A stretch of DNA of 64,000 nucleotides, from the NCBI RefSeq assembly GCF_036321535.1, contig NC_087437.1:46440001-46504000 (forward strand), given 5' to 3'. Of this stretch, positions 62,906 through 64,000 are shown one piece after another. The notes below the pieces were generated by a model, which made no database searches, was not told the origin of the DNA, and worked only from the letters and a program-made list of their open reading frames with translations. The position numbers and the translations under genes are program-made. The first letter of the stretch is position 1. Every line of letters starts with the position of its first letter. This stretch comes from Camelus dromedarius (lineage: Eukaryota).

Positions 62906-64000
62906 AAAGTATAAAAGAATCATAGCCAAGATGACTGACCCAGTTCACGATTGTTGAAAGAAAGAGTTTGGTTGTGATTACCCTCCCTTAATTCTCTCCC
63001 ATTAGTCTGCCCTGGGATATCAGGATAAGTAATTTTAAATCTACTTGGTGTTTACATCTTTAAGCCTTTGTGGATTGTCTCATCCTTCATCATCAGTTCG
63101 CCTGATCTAACTTACAGCCTTTCATGCCTCCTGTTCCAGCCACTCTCCTTGAACCAATCATGAGTGTGGTCTCTTCCTGGCTTTCCAGCTGACATGATAC
63201 CACTTTGTATTCTGAAAAACAGATGTTCAAATGCAGCCCTTTTCTAAATCTGAATATAAACAACTCTGTGGTGGTATAAGTTCCCTACCTTTCCAACGAC
63301 TCCTGCCAGGTTAGTTCATTTGCACATTTCATTCCCAGTCTATTTATCCTAATGTAATAGCTTAGTCATCCAGCTTTCACACTAAATAAGAGGTCTTCAA
63401 ATGCTAACCCTGAGAACTCCTCCCAGTATGAACTGCAAGCCATTTATTTTCATTTGTTTACAGGCTTTTCAATCTTTCAGCCAGCTTTTCAACCATGAGA
63501 TAGTGTCCATATAGATGTCAATTTTTATTAAGCTCCTAAGTAATTTTAAAGCCCTACACAAGATGTCTTTCTGAAGTCCTTAAGCACCTGCTACTCTGCT
63601 CTCACGTTCCTTAATCATGCAATTCTCTAGAAATGACCTATCAAATATGATGAAGCTTTTTGCTCATGATTTTCATTTTATTCACTTCTTTTCTTCTTTT
63701 GCTGACCCAGATCTGTGCTCTGCAACCACAATGACACTTAGTGGTCAGGCTAGAATTCTGGCTGCCTAATGAGGCACTGTTATTCTTCACCAACTGTGGG
63801 GACTCTGTGGAGCAAAATATTTTTAAAAATCCCTTTTCCCCAGATTCTCACCAGTCTGGAAATTGGCTGGAGTTCTGCTATTATTCTCGGCTCAGAGCAA
63901 TCAGCAGAGAGCCTCAAGTACAGAGACAGAGCGCGTCACCCTCTTGAACTGCTGCCTTCAACTGAAACAAGAAAATCTTATGCAGCCAAACAGAGCTTAA

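Noticed and set aside
1..64000. All ORFs in the supplied six-frame track as protein-coding genes
   Set aside because: They are short (60-152 aa), overlap on both strands, often use non-ATG starts, show no recognisable domains, and many lie in MIR, L2, LTR or microsatellite sequence. This is expected noise in mammalian non-coding DNA.

Overview
This is non-coding eutherian mammal DNA, intergenic or deep-intronic. It is AT-rich and CpG-depleted, with no CpG island. I find no recognisable protein-coding exon, tRNA, rRNA or CRISPR array. The supplied ORFs are short, overlap one another and are mostly repeat-derived. The window is dominated by ancient interspersed repeats: many MIR SINEs and L2 LINE fragments, L3/CR1, old L1M 3' regions, MaLR (MLT1) and ERV1 (MER31/MER67-like) solo LTRs, and DNA-transposon fossils (Arthur1/MER69, MER53, MER103, MER63, MER5, MER91, and a Kanga1/Tc2-like element with a readable pogo-type DDE remnant). 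I saw no Alu, B1/B2 or Bov-A/Bov-tA SINEs. Two young L1 3' ends resemble the camelid (Vicugna/Camelus) type, so a camelid or related laurasiatherian source is a tentative inference. All repeat family names come from recalled consensus sequences, not a database search, and boundaries are approximate. The best second-look items are a 43-bp L1 micro-insertion with a perfect 15-bp TSD, a diverged local duplication whose second copy has grown a polypyrimidine tract, a three-tier nested insertion (L2 > Arthur1 > MLT1A), a palindromic MER53, a minus-strand candidate exon, and several repeat-free enhancer-like blocks. I cannot support a novel biological system from this sequence.
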